A DNA stretch of 46,221 nucleotides, taken from NCBI GenBank assembly GCA_002788135.1, contig PFQT01000040.1, positions 1 through 46,221 on the forward strand, written 5' to 3'. Made by a program: the position numbers and the translations under genes. Source of the stretch: Candidatus Yonathbacteria bacterium CG_4_8_14_3_um_filter_46_25. Its GTDB lineage: Bacteria > Patescibacteriota > Minisyncoccia > Phycocordibacterales > UBA1539. Position 1 is the first letter of the stretch. Every line of letters begins with the position of its first letter. The notes under the pieces were generated by a model. It was not told the DNA's origin, did not search any database, and worked only from the letters and a program-made list of their open reading frames with translations. Below are positions 43,283-46,221 of the stretch, one piece after another.

Positions 43283-44938
43283 CTACATCTTTTTCCCCTT
43301 CCTATTCTCCCACTGCGGCAATTCAATAAAAAAAGTGGAGCCATGGCCCGGACCGGCGGATTCCGCCCAGACATTACCGCGATGCGCTTTGATAATCTCG
43401 CGGGAGACAAAGAGGCCGATGCCAGAGCCAAAGCGTCCCTGCGTGCCATTGTGGCTGAACTTCTCGAAAATATTCTCAAGCGATTTGCTCACGATTCCCT
43501 TGCCCGTATCGGAAACAGCAATACGAACTTTTTTGCTCCAGTTATCATTAGAAAGCAGCACGTTTATCAAGCCGACGTCGGTATAACTGATGGCATTTGC
43601 AATAATATTGTAAACTGATTGTTTGAATTTCTCACGATCAACTTTAGCCATGACCGCGCCACCGTTATCAAACTGGAATCTGACGCTCAATCCTTTTTCT
43701 TGCGCGACCGGTTTAACGTCATTGATGATCTCTTTTAATAAGTTCTTGAGCTCGATTGTCTCAAAGCTATATTGCACTCTCCCCTGCTCGATCCGTGAGA
43801 CCATGAGGAAGTCTTGGATAATAAGCACCAGTCGTTGGCTTGATCGAAATATTTTCTCGACCGCCCGCTTCGCTTCATCGGATAAAGGACCGAATGATCC
43901 CTCGGTCAACATTGAAGCATACCCTTTAATCGCCGTCAGCGGCGTACGAAGCTGGTGTGATGCAATAGAAACAAATTCCGTCTTTTGCTGTTCCATATCG
44001 CTCAAATGTATATTCGCTTTCGTCAAATCCCCTGCAAGTTCCTTAATTCGTTCGCGAGTTTCTATGTCTTTCTTTACACCTTTGATTAAAAAAAGACTAA
44101 AAATTCCTGCTAAAAAGAGAGAGCTACCCCTAATGAAAAAAAAAGTAGTAGTTTTTGCAAGAAGTAGGTTAAAAACTAATATCATTAATATTAAGGTGGT
44201 TAGTATTTCAGCAGTTATGAGTTTTATTTCCCAAAGATTATAACGAATGATTGCATATCCTATAATTACTGACATTAAGATTGTTGTTATAGGTCCCAAC
44301 CAAAAAAATTCAAAAAACCCGAATGTTGGGAGGATAAGGTTGGTCATAACGCCAATAAGTGACGGGATGAGTGTTCCTATGAATATGTACTTAATTTGGG
44401 CTTTCAATACTCCATTGCTTTTTCTAAACTGTCGGGCTAAAACATAAAATCCTGCTATGAAATAACCCAGTATGTGAACAACATACAGTGGGTACATCTT
44501 GCCAAAAGTAATTATCTTAATTGGGTTAGTGTTTGTAATCGAATCTATAACACTATTTGGAATTATTGTTATGAAAACAATAATAAAATATGTTAGTATT
44601 ATAAAAATAGATTCCTTTCGATGTAATATTATTTTCCCTCTTGAGATAGCAAGAGAAAATAAGAAAAATAGAATTGGAATCAAACTCGCACTCAAATATA
44701 ATACCCTTGAAGAAAAGAAAATTAGGAGGGATGTATTAACTTCTTCAAATAATGCGCGGGAAAATGCCCACATCGAAACACTCCCTGCAATAAGCGCAAA
44801 AATAGTATTGCTTTTTTTTGTCTTATCGCGGTCAAGTTTGTATACCCGTAAACCGAGTACTAGGTTTACGATCCCCGCGACAACAAGAAGGATACTTTGT
44901 ATTTTGAAATCAATAATTCCACTTGTGGTCATACTCAT
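43283..44938 (-). CDS. Sensor histidine kinase 2, paralogue of kinase 1 (orphan)
   Basis: Same architecture as kinase 1. The H-box is FVSIASHQLRTPLTAIKGY. Long collinear similarity to kinase 1 through the HisKA and HATPase domains. The N-terminal half is very AT-rich. Confidence 0.9.
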   Translation of the reverse strand: MSMTTSGIIDFKIQSILLVVAGIVNLVLGLRVYKLDRDKTKKSNTIFALIAGSVSMWAFSRALFEEVNTSLLIFFSSRVLYLSASLIPILFFLFSLAISRGKIILHRKESIFIILTYFIIVFITIIPNSVIDSITNTNPIKIITFGKMYPLYVVHILGYFIAGFYVLARQFRKSNGVLKAQIKYIFIGTLIPSLIGVMTNLILPTFGFFEFFWLGPITTILMSVIIGYAIIRYNLWEIKLITAEILTTLILMILVFNLLLAKTTTFFFIRGSSLFLAGIFSLFLIKGVKKDIETRERIKELAGDLTKANIHLSDMEQQKTEFVSIASHQLRTPLTAIKGYASMLTEGSFGPLSDEAKRAVEKIFRSSQRLVLIIQDFLMVSRIEQGRVQYSFETIELKNLLKEIINDVKPVAQEKGLSVRFQFDNGGAVMAKVDREKFKQSVYNIIANAISYTDVGLINVLLSNDNWSKKVRIAVSDTGKGIVSKSLENIFEKFSHNGTQGRFGSGIGLFVSREIIKAHRGNVWAESAGPGHGSTFFIELPQWENRKGKKM

Positions 44939-46037
44939 TTATTATTTTTCCCCAACTCCTCAATGGAGCTAACTGGAAATTATATCTCTTTGCAAGTTCC
45001 ATTATTTTATCAACATGCTCAATTCTTACTTTTCCTAATGAAAAATCCTCCATGCCTTCTGCTGCGACAATCATTGTTTCCGCAAGACAAGCAAATGTAG
45101 TTCCTTCTGGTGTTCCAATATTAAAATTGTATTTAATATTTTCCGGCAATTTTACAACCCCCCCATCAATCACAATGACATCTTTTCTTTCTTCTTGTAA
45201 CGACAGTGAAACATTTTGTGGTTGTGTAATATCATAAATAATCACCCCATTTTTTAAATTATCCTTTGATAATAATACTTCGGTAGAACTTGTTGCCATT
45301 ATTATGATATCAGCATTTTTTACAGATTTAATGTCCGTAAAGGTCGAGATGGAAACTTCTTTGTATGCACTTGATAATTTATTTGCAAGTTCATTAAGGT
45401 GTGCTGCGGTTTTTCCAACCGCAAGAATATGACGAGTATATCTATCCCTTAACAACAGCTGACAAACCGCTTGTCCGATGGATCCCGTTGCGCCAACAAC
45501 CGCAAATATAAGTTTTTCATTGCGCATATTTTTTAAAGCAAGTACACGCGTAATTCCTTTGAGGGTCATCCCCACTGTAAGTGCATTCCCTGTAGTAAAA
45601 CCGACCTCGTGTTCTCTTTTTAGATCAATCCCCCCGTTTGTGATTGGAGATATCAATGCACCAAGTCCAATAACCCTTGCGCCTCTTTTTTGCGCCAACA
45701 AAACAGCTTTGTTTATAAATTTTTTTGCAAGTTTTCGGTCCGCTATCATTTGCTCCGCTGTGATTGGCAAAGAAATAATCCACCCAGGGATATTTCTTTG
45801 CCCATTTAGATTATGTACTCCTTGGATATACGAAACAGTAACTGGCCAAAAAAAGTGCGCTAACATGAATTTTATAAAACTTTTTGGAAGGTAGCGTAAA
45901 AGCGGATATTTTCGATAAATATCAGAGATATTCCTTGGGTGTACTAAAAACGCAAAACCTGCTGGGTTAGTTGGACATGGCTTGTAACGTACCATTAAAT
46001 CCGCAACGCTAGATATTGCAAGAGAGATAGTTTCCAT
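44910..46037 (-). CDS. Acyl-ACP reductase-like NAD(P)-dependent dehydrogenase (COG5322-type)
   Basis: GLGALISPITNGG, TTGNALT, AVVGATGSIGQAVCQLL, FACLAETMIVAAEG and YNFQLAPL line up with cyanobacterial AAR blocks (GGFTSI, TTGNTHT, VVGATGDIGSAVCRWL, FACFAEAMLLEFEG, HGFQPLA). It overlaps kinase 2 by 29 nt. About 30% G+C on hand-counted lines. Confidence 0.65.
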   Translation of the reverse strand: METISLAISSVADLMVRYKPCPTNPAGFAFLVHPRNISDIYRKYPLLRYLPKSFIKFMLAHFFWPVTVSYIQGVHNLNGQRNIPGWIISLPITAEQMIADRKLAKKFINKAVLLAQKRGARVIGLGALISPITNGGIDLKREHEVGFTTGNALTVGMTLKGITRVLALKNMRNEKLIFAVVGATGSIGQAVCQLLLRDRYTRHILAVGKTAAHLNELANKLSSAYKEVSISTFTDIKSVKNADIIIMATSSTEVLLSKDNLKNGVIIYDITQPQNVSLSLQEERKDVIVIDGGVVKLPENIKYNFNIGTPEGTTFACLAETMIVAAEGMEDFSLGKVRIEHVDKIMELAKRYNFQLAPLRSWGKIINEYDHKWNY

Positions 46038-46221
46038 TTTTATTAAGAAAATTTAGCAAGAAAAGCTACTATTTCTTGCGTAATTACACCCCAGAATACC
46101 AAAAATCTCTTGAAATTTCAATATAACTATCCACATATATGGTTTACCTATAAGTGAAAATGGGAAAATGGGGATAAGTACAATATTTTTCATAAATATG
46201 TGTCATAGTATCTTCTTCGGT

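Noticed and set aside
1-46221. tRNA, rRNA, integrase or transposase genes and prophage content.
   Set aside because: Intergenic regions were scanned by eye for T-loop GTTCGAATC-like motifs and rRNA signatures, and none was found outside coding sequence. No recombinase-like ORF is present.

Overview
This 46.2-kb window looks like a compact, reduced bacterial genome. My inference is Patescibacteria/CPR-like. The grounds are the small housekeeping genes, a UvrC with no HhH tail, base-excision glycosylases with no Fe-S Cys clusters, a minimal mraY-ftsW-murG block and large private surface proteins. No rRNA, tRNA, CRISPR array or transposase gene is visible.

Recognisable housekeeping genes:
- Repair and replication: uvrC-like, yqeY-like, rmuC, recR, dnaB, two Cas4/RecB-like PD-(D/E)XK nucleases, a DEDDh exonuclease, and a mutY-like/nth/MGMT-like operon.
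- Translation: rplU, rplI, rpmA, gltX.
- Envelope and division: corA-like, an S41 protease, an M23 peptidase, murG, ftsW, mraY, a PBP5-like carboxypeptidase, scpB, scpA.

Accessory content worth a second look:
1. A five-gene locus (6620-14814) of secreted or anchored proteins. A private Asn/Gly-rich repeat module recurs in three genes, followed by two TasA/camelysin-like proteins. One of these has a SipW-type leader plus a lamin-tail domain.
2. Two tandem promoter-to-terminator structured RNAs upstream of rplI, each with an anti-Shine-Dalgarno-like CU-rich apical loop.
3. Several dispersed repeat families: a 27-nt palindrome in 4 copies, a GGGGTGACA element in 2 copies plus a related inverted-repeat-flanked MITE-like element, and a 21-nt AAAAGGTCGGACCTTTT-containing repeat in 2 copies.
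4. Three decayed genes (NUDIX, the aspS N-terminus, a PP-loop ATPase), each lying next to one of these repeats.
5. Two paralogous orphan multi-TM histidine kinases bracketing a small alarmone synthetase-like and HD-hydrolase pair.
6. An AT-rich acyl-ACP-reductase-like gene.
7. GC-rich orphan genes, including a LuxI/GNAT-like acyltransferase.

All family calls come from motif recognition by eye. No searches were run.
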